Source: an uncultured delta proteobacterium (lineage in GTDB: Bacteria > Desulfobacterota > Desulfobaccia > Desulfobaccales > 0-14-0-80-60-11). From it: a stretch of 64,000 bases of DNA. Location: assembly GCA_963812015.1 (NCBI GenBank), contig CAWETI010000002.1, positions 768,001 through 832,000 of the forward strand, in the 5' to 3' direction. A model generated the notes under the pieces. The model saw only the letters and a list, made by a program, of their open reading frames with translations, was not told the DNA's origin and did not search any database. The first letter of the stretch is position 1. Each line of letters starts with the position of its first letter. A program made the position numbers and the translations under genes. Positions 21,139 to 30,602 of the stretch are shown piece after piece.

Positions 21139-21960
21139 ATGATTAATTTTCAGCCGGTTGATGTTTGTGGAAAAACCATAGACCACGTTTGGTTTCAACT
21201 TCTCAAGCAAGTTTTAATTTATGGACGCCCTTATAAGAAAGACGAAGGCTCTTTTGCTGGTGAGGAAATGCTTGAACTTGACAGGGTGAGCGGAACAATT
21301 TTTGAGCCTCTGCAATATAATGTGTCTGGAATTCGTAAGCCTCTGGCTGTAACTGTTCCTGGTGGGGTTGATGCCCCCACTACGGATGAGTACATTGAGA
21401 AGTATTTTGTGGAATATTTGATGGACTCAAACCTGCCCCAAACTGAGCATTATCGTTATTCAACCTTTATTACCGGAGGCCGTTATACTCTGCCCAAATT
21501 GGATTTTTTTATTCCAGACCGGCCTTCTTGGTATTCATTGGATGAGGTTATTGTGAGAGTGCCTAATCAAATTCAATGGTGCATTGACCACTATAAGACC
21601 AAGGGATTTCACAACAATCATTGCCTCATTCAGCTGGGCTATCCAGAATCAAACCTGGCCTATGATAAGCCGTTTGAAGATGAAACTGAACGTGGAACCA
21701 GCCCATGTTTGCGTCTTATCGACACCAAGATAGTGAAGGATTCAGACGGAGAGTTTTACCTTTGTTTTTATGTAACTTTCCGGTCTTGGAATTTGTGGGG
21801 TGGATGGCCAACCAATATTGGCGGTTTAGCCCTTCTCATGGAGTATATGGCCCACGAACTTGCAGTTAATCCTGGGCCATTGAGTTTCAATTCCAAAGCC
21901 ATGAACATTTATAAATTTCAACTCACTTCTTTAATGAATCGGGTGGGAACTGTGGAGTAG
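21139..21960 (+). CDS. Divergent thymidylate synthase (ThyA-fold, archaeal/delta type)
   Basis: SPCLRLID catalytic Cys, FRSWNLWGGWPTN; SD GGGAGG; low GC. Confidence 0.75.
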   Translation: MINFQPVDVCGKTIDHVWFQLLKQVLIYGRPYKKDEGSFAGEEMLELDRVSGTIFEPLQYNVSGIRKPLAVTVPGGVDAPTTDEYIEKYFVEYLMDSNLPQTEHYRYSTFITGGRYTLPKLDFFIPDRPSWYSLDEVIVRVPNQIQWCIDHYKTKGFHNNHCLIQLGYPESNLAYDKPFEDETERGTSPCLRLIDTKIVKDSDGEFYLCFYVTFRSWNLWGGWPTNIGGLALLMEYMAHELAVNPGPLSFNSKAMNIYKFQLTSLMNRVGTVE

Positions 21961-21992
21961 GGAGGGACAATAAACCGGCTTTTGCGCCCAAA

Positions 21993-22325
21993 ATGCGCCC
22001 AGGCAGCCTGAAGACCCCGCAGCAAGAAGTCTACTACCGGAAAGCTGCGAGGCTCTATAAGCACGGGGTCACAATTCCGCTGATTCTGGTGGGCGGCATC
22101 CGCTCCTATGGGGTGGCAAAGAAGTTAGTCCGGGATGGAAAGGCTGACTACATTTCCATGAGCCGCCCCCTCATTTGCGAGCCAGGGCTCGTCAAGCGCT
22201 GGCGGGAGGGTGACCGCCGCAAAGCGGAATGTGTTTCAGACAATGCATGCTTTGCACCTGCATTGGACGGTAGGGGCATTTACTGCGTGACGATGGCCAA
22301 GAAGCCGAGCAGGACCAGCCAATAG
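21993..22325 (+). pseudogene. C-terminal fragment of NADH:flavin oxidoreductase (Old Yellow Enzyme family)
   Basis: PLILVGGIRS, ADYISMSRPLICEP, CVSDNAC; no N-terminal part. Confidence 0.8.
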
Positions 22326-22393
22326 TGGGGCATTGACAGCGGTGGCAGAAGCTGCCGCATAATCTCGCATATCACTATCGAGGATATCATACC

Positions 22394-23020
22394 ATGGACC
22401 AAAACGATGGATTCATCCTGGAGGTTTTCTCCGATTACGTCTGACCCTGGTGCTACTTCATCACCGGGCGTGTTGAAAGGCTAAAGGAAGAGCACGAGAT
22501 AGAGATCAGGTGGATTGCCTTCCCCCTTCATCCGGAAACACCGGAAGAGGGCTTGAGCCTCGAGGAGCTTTTCAAGGGACGGGGAATAGATCTCCCTTCG
22601 TCCATGGAGCATCTGAAGAAAGTCGCTGCCGAGTTGGGACTTCCCTGGGGTATGCGCACGAGAACCTACAATAGCCGCCGGGCGCAAGAACTCGGGAAAT
22701 GGGCTGAGGCATTGGGCAAAGGGGTTGAGTTTCACATGGCTGTATTTCAGGCATACTTCGCTGATGGAAGGAACATCGCCGATATTTCGGTCTTGAAAGA
22801 GATCGCCGGGGCAATTGGCCTTGATGGCCGAATGGCGGAACAGGCCTTGACTGAGAGGACTTTCAAGGAAGCAGTAGACCGTGACTGGGATTATTCCCGC
22901 ACCTGCGGCATTACAGCAGTTCCAACTTTCATGGTTGATGGGCGGAAAGTGGTCGGCGCCCAGCCTTACCAGGCTCTTGAAGACCTTGTAAGAGCCGCGG
23001 GGGGGAATATGCGGAAATGA
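22394..23020 (+). CDS. DsbA/FrnE-like selenoprotein (UxxC)
   Basis: MDQNDGFILEVFSDYV-TGA(22442)-PWCYF continues in frame into the 22553 ORF (GITAVPTF...GAQP). Confidence 0.85.
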
Positions 23021-23242
23021 TGGGCGCAGTATAGTATCTCGGGTTCTCTCCGACAAGCTTCACTTGGATGTGGTCTTTAGCCATGTGCCCTTCGATGATG
23101 CTAAACATATTGTAGATAAGCTGAGGTTAGCTGCAATCCATACACAACCCGGTTTCGGCGCAGGAGATGGCCGCCTCTTGCCACCTCCGGCTCAGATAAC
23201 CTGGCTCACAAAAGAGGAAAACTTCTTAGAGAGATAGTCATC

Positions 23243-23788
23243 ATGAACGAGCTCCCTTTATCTAAGGCATACTGCTTCATTGAGCCAGGTCCGGTCGTGC
23301 TGGTGACGACCGCGAATGAGGAACGCGCTAACATCATGACGATGAGCTGGCACATGGTGATGGATTTTACCCCATTGATCGGCTGCATCATTGGCCCCTG
23401 GGATTACAGCTTCACGGCGTTGAGTACAACTAGAGAATGCGTGATCGCAATTCCTACGGTTGATCTTGCATCCAAGGTGGTCGAAATCGGCAACTGTTCG
23501 GGTGATGAGATCGATAAGTTTAATGCCTTTGGCCTGACCCCGATGCCAGCCCAAAAGGTCAAGCCGCCGCTCGTGGCCGAGTGTCTCGTCAATCTCGAAT
23601 GCCAGGTAGCAGATACCAGCATGGTTGATAAGTACAATCTCTTCATCCTGGAAGTGGTCAAGGCCTGGACCGATCCAGAGCGCGAGGAACGCCGGACGAT
23701 CCACCACAATGGGGATGGTACCTTCGTTGTCGATGGCAGGACCATCAATCTAAAGGAGAAGATGGTAAAATGGCAGGTTCACCTCTAA
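23243..23788 (+). CDS. Flavin reductase-like family protein
   Basis: EPGPVVLVTT, NIMTMSW, GNCSG..DKF, PPLVAEC..NLEC, HHNGDG. Confidence 0.85.
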   Translation: MNELPLSKAYCFIEPGPVVLVTTANEERANIMTMSWHMVMDFTPLIGCIIGPWDYSFTALSTTRECVIAIPTVDLASKVVEIGNCSGDEIDKFNAFGLTPMPAQKVKPPLVAECLVNLECQVADTSMVDKYNLFILEVVKAWTDPEREERRTIHHNGDGTFVVDGRTINLKEKMVKWQVHL

Positions 23789-23839
23789 CCAAGCAGGCTA
23801 TCGAGGACCAGATTCCGGATCATGGGACGTGCGATGTTG

Positions 23840-24058
23840 CTGCTATGACTATGAACTTATTACCGAACAAATAAACACTTAATCTCCAAAGCATATCGAC
23901 TCTTTTCGACCTGATGGCTCCATAGCTTTCCCGCCCATAATCGACCCTCTTTCAAACGTGAGCACTTGAAATCTTCCTCCCCACAAATGCCAGGACAAGA
24001 TATTCAGATCATATATGTAATTTTTGACTGCCTGATGATAAGTGAGAGGTTTGGCAAG
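23840..24058 (+). repeat. Cassette-site copy 4: long two-core form (219 bp)
   Basis: CTGCTATG..AACTTAT; cores ATCT-CCAAAGC-ATAT (23882) and ATAT-TCAGATC-ATAT (24000); TCTTCCTCCCCACAA; GATAAGTG..TTTGGCAAG. Confidence 0.85.
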
Positions 24059-24081
24059 TTATTCACCATATCATAGTTGAT

Positions 24082-24158
24082 AAAACCCGGATGGGTTGAG
24101 AGGCTGACGTCCGGAACTGTGAGGGCGTTGGGGTGAGATTCCCCCACGCTACTTGACT
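24082..24158 (+). ncRNA. Group II intron 3' remnant (domains V-VI)
   Basis: CCCGGATGGGTTGAGAGGCTGACGTCCGGAACTGTGAGGGCG-TTGGGGTGAGATTCCCCCA-CGCTACTTGAC matches the bacterial DV/DVI pattern; no RT ORF nearby. Confidence 0.7.
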
Positions 24159-24164
24159 CGAAAA

Positions 24165-24518
24165 TTCCTACAGTTGGAATTACTGATAAGTCGGCTGATA
24201 AAGACTGAGGTCAGAGTCTCTTATCATTATTCTGCAGTGGCATGTCCATGTGACCTCTGCCTTTCGCCTGGCTCACCGCTACAGGGCGGTGCTTGCCTGG
24301 GGTCCTTAGGCTTATCAGCCAGATGGCATCTGGTCGCCGAGGGATTTTTATGCCCGAACTCTGTGGAAAATTGACTTTTCGCTTAAATTTGCGCTATCAT
24401 GCCCTCTACGAGAAAATTTGGCTTCGAGAAGAGGACCGTTTGGGGGATTTTCCCCGGGCCAAGAGGCCCTAAAAACCATTTTTAGACTGCGGTGACCCAG
24501 ATTGCCGCATAATCTCGG
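24165..24518 (+). mobile_element. IS1380-family right-end remnant with outward promoter
   Basis: LISRLIK..RVSYH / WHVHVTSAFRLAHRYRAVLAWGP*; TTGACT-N18-TATCAT; end CCGCATAATCTCGG 5 nt before the autotransporter ORF ATG. Confidence 0.72.
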
Positions 24519-24523
24519 TTAAT

Positions 24524-27500
24524 ATGCCTGCGATGTCCTGGAAAGGTGTTCAGTCCTGTAAGATTGGGCGTATTATTTTTAGAGCTGTCACTTATCTGTT
24601 GATAATCACTCTCGGTGTCAGCTATTCATCTGCCCACGCCCAAACCCTGACTCCGGCTCTGGTTTTCTCCACCTATCTGGGAGGAACGGCTGGCTCCAAT
24701 CCGCTTACTTTCGCCCAAAACGTCGCTTGCGACGCACTGGGGAATATCTACGTGACCGGCGCCACCCAGGCCACGAACCTTCCCGTCCTGAACGCCTACC
24801 AACCGACCCCGGCGGCAGGCAGCACGGAGTCGGCGTTCGTGGCGAAGTACAATTCGGCCGGCCAGCTGCTTTGGTGCACCTACCTGGGTGGCAATAATCA
24901 AAGCATGGGCATTGGGGTGGCGGCCATGCCGGACGGCGGCGTGGCGGTCGTCGGCCTTACCACTTCGAATGCGTCGTTCCCCATCACTTCGAACGCTTTT
25001 CAGTCGAAGAACAACGGACAGTCGGATTACTTCGTGACCGTATTTAATGCGCAGGGCAAACTCGAATACTCGACGTACCTGGGTGGGAGCGGCGTGGAGG
25101 GCGCGGTGGGGGCAACAGGTTTTACCGACGATAGCAACCCCGGCAACTGTATTGCGGTGGATGCAAGCGGTCGGATCTATGTTGGCGGCATAACCACTTC
25201 CGGTGGCGGCAGCGGACAGACTAAATTCCCGCTGACGTCCAATGCCTATCAGAAAAATCTTGCCGGCTCGACCAACGCCTCCCTGAGCATCATCGACCCT
25301 AACCAGAGCGGCGGCGCCTCGTTGGTTTACTCCAGCTTTCTGGGCGGGGACCACGATAGCCAAGGGCACAGCGTCGCGGTGGACCCCTCCGGCCAGTACA
25401 TTGCCGTGGGCGGCTTTACCACCTCTTTGAACTTCCCCACCACCAGCAACGCCTACCGGAGTACTGCCCCGCCTGGTGGCTTTGGCCCCAATTCAAGCAA
25501 CGGCTTTATCACCGAATTCCAATCAACCCAGCCCGGTTCCCCGTCCTCCACATACAGCATGCGCTACTCCACCTACCTGGGGGCAAACTCGAGCACCGCC
25601 CGAGATGACGTCTACGGCATGACCATGACGCCATCGGGGCTCATCGTGGCCACGGGCCGGACGCAGTCGGCGGGCTTTCCCATGACCACGGGAGGCCCCA
25701 CCATCTTCAATTCCGCCCCCTATCTCCAGGAGGGAGTGTCTGGAGATGAGCCCTACGTCGTGAAGATCAACCCTGCCTTGAATGGCACCGCCTCCCTCGT
25801 CTACTCCACCTTCCTGGGAGGCGGATGTAAAAGCGGCAAGTGGGGCAGTTGGTCCACCAGCGTGGCCGTCGATGCCCGGGGCGCGGTCTATGTAGCCGGG
25901 GAGACCGGGCCCAACACCCAAGGCGCCCCATATGTGCCTTCCAACCTGACGGCGCCCCAGAAGTTTCCTTTCACCCCCAACGCCTTCCAAAAGGCGCCCC
26001 AGGGGAGCGAAGACGCCTTGCTCATGCAAATCAACCCAAGCGGCGACTCCCTGGGCTACTCTACCTACCTCGGCGGGACACTCAGTGACCGCACCTACGG
26101 ACTGGCCGTCGATCCCGACGGCAACGTCGTCATGACAGGTCTCACCTTTTCCAGCGATTTTCCGTTACAAAATGCGGCGCAAAACTATCCGGGCAACAAC
26201 GGGTATCAAAACGCCTTTGTGACCGAATTCTCGCCGTTATACACTCCTAATAATTTGATAACAGACTACGGCGCCACCTATACGGTGACCGGAGACATCA
26301 CCTATGATAATGACTATATTGGCCAGAACAGCACCGGCGCGCTGATCCAGGGGGATTTCACCAACACGGTGAACAATAATCTTGAATTAGGCCAAAACGC
26401 CGGGGCCAGCGGCAGCTATAACTTGAGCGGCGGCAGCCTGTCGGTGGCCGGAAATGAGTACGTCGGCTACTCCGGCACCGGCGCCTTCACCCAAACCGGC
26501 GGTACTCACACGGTGACCGGCATCCTGATGCTGGGGGCCAATGCCGGCAGCAGCGGCACCTACTCGCTGAGCGGCGGCAGCCTCACGGTGGGAGACTATG
26601 AAGCCGTGGGCTTCTGCGGCACCGGCTCCTTCACCCAGAGCGGCGGCACCCATACGGTGACCGCCCTGTATCTGGGCACCGAAGCCGGGGCCAGCGGTTC
26701 CTATACCCTGAGCGACTCCGGTAGCGGCAGCCTTCTCTCGGTGACCGGAAATGAGTTTATCGGCTACTCCGGCGCCGGCACCTTCACCCAGACGGGCGGC
26801 AGCAATACCGTGGGCAGTAACTTCTTTGTCGGCACCCAGGGCGGCACCGGCTCCTATAGCCTGAGCGGCGGCAGCCTCACGGTATCCGGCGACCTCTACC
26901 TGGGTAACAGCGCCGGGGCCAGCGGCAGCTATAACCTCAGCGGCGGCAGCCTATCGGTGGGAGGCAATGAATATGTCGGCAACTCCGGCACCGGCACCTT
27001 CACCCAGACCGGAGGCAGCCATACGGTGACCGGCACTTTGTCCATCGCTGATCAGTCAGGTAGCAGCGGCACCTACAACCTCCAGGGGGGCAGCTTGACC
27101 GCCCCAACCTTCCAGGTGAACTCGAGCGGCATCTTCAATTATAGCGGCGGCACCTTTACGGGTCGATTAGTCAATTACGGCACGGTAAACTTTAACGCCG
27201 ACTTCACCGCCAGCGACGGGCTGGCTAACTACTCTGCCACTCCTCTCAGCATCAACGCCGGCCGCACCGTCACCTTGAACGGCTCGGGACTGGACAACGA
27301 AGCGACCCTGGTAGTAAACGGCACCCTGGCAGGCATTGGCCCCCTGGTCAACAACACCACCGGTACGCTGAGCGGTACTGGCACCATCCAGGGGAACCTC
27401 ACCAACCAGGGTACGCTCTCACCCGGGAACTCCCCCGGCACCTTGACCATCAATGGCAACTACACCCAGACCGCCGCCGGCACCCTGTTGGAGCAGATCG

Positions 27501-28975
27501 CCTCGGCCAGCAGCTACAGCAAGCTGGCGGTCAGCGGCACCGCCAGCCTGGCCGGTGCCGTGGCTCCGGTGTTGTTGGGTGGCTATCGCCCGAAAGCCTT
27601 CACGGTGTTCCCCGATATTATCACCACCACTGGCGGACTGACAGGAACATTCAGCAGCGTGACTCAGCCTGCGGGCCCCACCTTGATCTGGCAACCCTAC
27701 TATGACAACTCCAGCTTCGGCCTGACGGTCCAGCGGGATTATGCCAACCAGTGGTTGGGGCTCAATTCGAACCAGCAGCAGGTTGGCCTTATGCTCAATA
27801 GCGTGGCAGCCACCACTACCGGCGACTTGGGCGCCGTCCTGACCGCCATCGATGCCCTGCCGGCCAATTCTGACGTGCAAAATGCCTACAAGCAGATTTC
27901 CCCGGAGAAGGCCGGGGCCCTGGCTAACTTGGGTTTTGTCGCCGCCACCTTCCAGATGCGCAATCTGGCCACCCGGACCACTAACCTCCGGTTGGTTCAG
28001 GGGGAGAGCGGTGGGGGCGGCGGTCTCGCCTCCGGGGGCCTTAGTTGCAACTACTCCAAGCTGGATGGTGTGATGCTGGCTTATAACGGCGCCTCCCTCT
28101 CCAATCTCTTCAGCGCCCGCAAGGAGTTGCAGGCCCCGGAGGGCCACTGGGGGCTCTATATGGACGGAGGAGCTGCCTTCGGCAGCCAGACCTCTTCGCT
28201 CAATCAGACGGGTTATAATTTTACCCTGGGCGGCTTTACTGCCGGAGCCGATTACCGGCTGCGGGACAATCTCCTGGTGGGCCTGGCCACGGGCTACAGT
28301 AACACCAGTGCCGGTTTCTACGGCTCCGGGGGCAGTGTTAACACGAATACCATACCCTTTAACGCCTATGCGGCCTATTTCCCCGGATCCCTCTATGCCT
28401 ATGGTTCCCTGGGCTATGCCCTCAACCTCTTTGACCTGAAACGGGGCATAAGTTTTGGCGATATTTCCCGCACCGCCTCAAGTTCCTCTACCGGGAACCA
28501 GTTCAACCTCTATGGCGAGACAGGGTATGACGTCAGAATGAGCCGGTTTATCCTGACCCCTTCCGCCACCTTAGCTTATTCCGCCCTGTGGCTGGGTGGA
28601 TTTACGGAACAGGACGCCGGGTCCCTCAATTTGAAGATAGCCTCCCAGACCGCGGATTCTCTGCAAACCGGCATAGGTGGCCGGCTGACTGTCCCTCTCC
28701 AGGCGGGCTCGGTTAAGGTCGTGCCCCAGGGCTATGCCTTCTATCAGCACGAGTTCGCCAACGGCAGCCGGAACCTGAACGCCAGCCTGAGCCAGGGGAG
28801 CAGCACCTTCAATTTCCAGACCGACGCGACCAAGCGGAACTATGCCTTGGTGGGAGCCAGCATCACTGCAGGGCTCAGGAAAAACCTCTACGCCCAGGTC
28901 AACTTCAACGCCGAAGTGGGCCGCACCGGCTCCACCGGCCAAGCCATCAACGCCGGCTTACGCTGGGAATTTTAG
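24524..28975 (+). CDS. Autotransporter with SBBP beta-propeller repeats and Gly/Ser/Thr-rich passenger repeats
   Basis: Signal peptide (AHA); repeated YSTYLGG...AVD..G.VYVTG; repeated GSYNLSGGSL/GTGTFTQTGG; SPGNSPG; beta-barrel ending LRWEF. Confidence 0.9.
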   Translation: MPAMSWKGVQSCKIGRIIFRAVTYLLIITLGVSYSSAHAQTLTPALVFSTYLGGTAGSNPLTFAQNVACDALGNIYVTGATQATNLPVLNAYQPTPAAGSTESAFVAKYNSAGQLLWCTYLGGNNQSMGIGVAAMPDGGVAVVGLTTSNASFPITSNAFQSKNNGQSDYFVTVFNAQGKLEYSTYLGGSGVEGAVGATGFTDDSNPGNCIAVDASGRIYVGGITTSGGGSGQTKFPLTSNAYQKNLAGSTNASLSIIDPNQSGGASLVYSSFLGGDHDSQGHSVAVDPSGQYIAVGGFTTSLNFPTTSNAYRSTAPPGGFGPNSSNGFITEFQSTQPGSPSSTYSMRYSTYLGANSSTARDDVYGMTMTPSGLIVATGRTQSAGFPMTTGGPTIFNSAPYLQEGVSGDEPYVVKINPALNGTASLVYSTFLGGGCKSGKWGSWSTSVAVDARGAVYVAGETGPNTQGAPYVPSNLTAPQKFPFTPNAFQKAPQGSEDALLMQINPSGDSLGYSTYLGGTLSDRTYGLAVDPDGNVVMTGLTFSSDFPLQNAAQNYPGNNGYQNAFVTEFSPLYTPNNLITDYGATYTVTGDITYDNDYIGQNSTGALIQGDFTNTVNNNLELGQNAGASGSYNLSGGSLSVAGNEYVGYSGTGAFTQTGGTHTVTGILMLGANAGSSGTYSLSGGSLTVGDYEAVGFCGTGSFTQSGGTHTVTALYLGTEAGASGSYTLSDSGSGSLLSVTGNEFIGYSGAGTFTQTGGSNTVGSNFFVGTQGGTGSYSLSGGSLTVSGDLYLGNSAGASGSYNLSGGSLSVGGNEYVGNSGTGTFTQTGGSHTVTGTLSIADQSGSSGTYNLQGGSLTAPTFQVNSSGIFNYSGGTFTGRLVNYGTVNFNADFTASDGLANYSATPLSINAGRTVTLNGSGLDNEATLVVNGTLAGIGPLVNNTTGTLSGTGTIQGNLTNQGTLSPGNSPGTLTINGNYTQTAAGTLLEQIASASSYSKLAVSGTASLAGAVAPVLLGGYRPKAFTVFPDIITTTGGLTGTFSSVTQPAGPTLIWQPYYDNSSFGLTVQRDYANQWLGLNSNQQQVGLMLNSVAATTTGDLGAVLTAIDALPANSDVQNAYKQISPEKAGALANLGFVAATFQMRNLATRTTNLRLVQGESGGGGGLASGGLSCNYSKLDGVMLAYNGASLSNLFSARKELQAPEGHWGLYMDGGAAFGSQTSSLNQTGYNFTLGGFTAGADYRLRDNLLVGLATGYSNTSAGFYGSGGSVNTNTIPFNAYAAYFPGSLYAYGSLGYALNLFDLKRGISFGDISRTASSSSTGNQFNLYGETGYDVRMSRFILTPSATLAYSALWLGGFTEQDAGSLNLKIASQTADSLQTGIGGRLTVPLQAGSVKVVPQGYAFYQHEFANGSRNLNASLSQGSSTFNFQTDATKRNYALVGASITAGLRKNLYAQVNFNAEVGRTGSTGQAINAGLRWEF

Positions 28976-29010
28976 GTCCGGGATAGCGTCGCAAGATAAA
29001 TTGGCTGACT

Positions 29011-29043
29011 AAAGGCCCTTTGGCTCCGGCCAAGGGGCCTTTT
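29011..29043 (+). terminator. Intrinsic terminator (potentially bidirectional)
   Basis: AAAGGCCCTTTGG-CTCCGG-CCAAGGGGCCTTTT. Confidence 0.7.
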
Positions 29044-29092
29044 GCCTGAGATAGTCCCAATTGTTAAACTCCGCTGTGTAGGTACAACTTCC

Positions 29093-29266
29093 ATGATCAA
29101 GCTCCTCCGTACTCAAAGCAGCTTACGATTGCTCATTTGTCTACTGTTGGCGGGAGCAACCTTGTTGCCTTATATCCAAGTCAAGGACCATGGCTTCAAC
29201 ACTTTTGATGACGACGTGTACGTCACTGAGAATCCCATGGTCCGGGCCGGGCTTATCTGGTATTAA
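29093..29266 (+). pseudogene. N-terminal fragment of a TMTC-like/TPR membrane protein
   Basis: LLICLLLAGATLLPY..VKDHGFNTFDDDVYVTENPMVRAGL, then stop. Confidence 0.6.
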
Positions 29267-29473
29267 TACATTCACATCCCCACCATAACCAGAATGTCTC
29301 CATTTAACCTCCCAGAGTCAATACCTGTATATCTCCATCATCCATTTCCGATTAAGATGGCTTCAACCCGATTTTTGGCCGGGGATAAGCCAAAGGGGCA
29401 GGCTCACCCAACGGGACGAGGACGAAAAATCACGGTCTAAGGGCGGAGTATCGTGAAATAGAATAGCAAGTCA

Positions 29474-29573
29474 CTGCTATGGTCCGACACTTATCACGGC
29501 TCCAAAAACTTCCTATATCCGGAACATATCCGCAATTTTTCCGGGCGAGGGGATAATTGTCGTAGCTGGCAAG
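29474..29573 (+). repeat. Cassette-site copy 5: short one-core form (100 bp)
   Basis: CTGCTATG..ACTTATCA..CCAAAAACTT..ATAT-CCGGAAC-ATAT-CCGCAATTTTT..GATAAT..TGGCAAG. Confidence 0.88.
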
Positions 29574-29677
29574 TAACTCGCTATAAGCTGGAAATAAAAA
29601 AGGCAGGGCCATGGTGACCTGCCCCCATTTCGATCCACTACTCTAAATAATTCGTGGATCAGTTTTTGGGGGGCAGG

Positions 29678-30535
29678 TCACTTTTTGATCACCAACACCG
29701 GACAGGTAGCCTGACCGATGACTCGCTCCGTTACCGAGCCCATGAGAAGTTTTTTTACCCCGGTTCGGCCGTGGCTGCCCATGATGATTATATTCACCTT
29801 ATATCGAAGGGCCTCTTGGACGATGGCGTCATCGGGTTGCATTCCCTGGGGCACCAGACCCTGGACTGGCATCCCCTGCTGGTTGGCGGCGCTTAAGAGC
29901 CGATGCATGATTTCTTTGGCCTGAACTATTTCTCCCTCCCCCCGAGCTACGGAAATAGCATACAGTTCAGCCTGCGTTTCCCGGGCAAGCGCCAGCGCCT
30001 CCCCCCAGGCCGCATCACTGAAAGGGGAGCCGTCGCTGGCCACCAGGAGGGTTCGAAAGGCCATCGTGGCGTTTTGGGGCACCACCAGGACATTAAAGGG
30101 GCTGTAGCCAATGACCTGGGCGGTGGTGCTGCCCATAAACAGCTGGGACAGGCCCGCGTGGCCGAAGCGTCCCATGACGATCAGGTCCGGCTGGATGACC
30201 TCGGCCTCTTCCAGAATGGTGGCATGGGGCCAGCGGCCATAGCGCACCCGAGTCTCTACTGAGACCCCGGCCTTGGCCGAGGCAGCTTTAATCGTCTCCA
30301 GGTAGGAAGAGACTTCTCTCGCCAGCATGGCCCTGGCATCGGGCGCCACGGCCTCAACCTCCGCTCTAACCCTCAGGACATTGACCACGTAAACCTTTTG
30401 CCCGCAGACTTGGGCCAGGGCCAGAGTGGCCTTGATCGCCCCCTGGCTACGCGGGGAGCCATCGGTGCAGAGCAGGAGTTTCTGCCAGCTCGAGGGGCAA
30501 ATAAACGGCTGGGAAGGCCGAGAAAGGTTCACCAT
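29678..30535 (-). CDS. Tandem universal stress protein
   Basis: Two USP domains: TDGS...DLIVMGRFG...MGSTT and SDGS...IMGSHGRTG...MGSVTERV..CPVLV. Confidence 0.93.
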   Translation of the reverse strand: MVNLSRPSQPFICPSSWQKLLLCTDGSPRSQGAIKATLALAQVCGQKVYVVNVLRVRAEVEAVAPDARAMLAREVSSYLETIKAASAKAGVSVETRVRYGRWPHATILEEAEVIQPDLIVMGRFGHAGLSQLFMGSTTAQVIGYSPFNVLVVPQNATMAFRTLLVASDGSPFSDAAWGEALALARETQAELYAISVARGEGEIVQAKEIMHRLLSAANQQGMPVQGLVPQGMQPDDAIVQEALRYKVNIIIMGSHGRTGVKKLLMGSVTERVIGQATCPVLVIKK

Positions 30536-30602
30536 ACTCTATTTTCCTCCATACAAAATACAAAAAAGGCAAAGATCAGGCCCCAAAACAATCCAGGTCT
30601 CA

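Noticed and set aside
24340..24480. Thrice-repeated promoter plus hairpin as a novel riboswitch
   Set aside because: All three copies follow IS1380 transposase tail sequence and end in the same terminal motif, so they are better explained as IS right ends.
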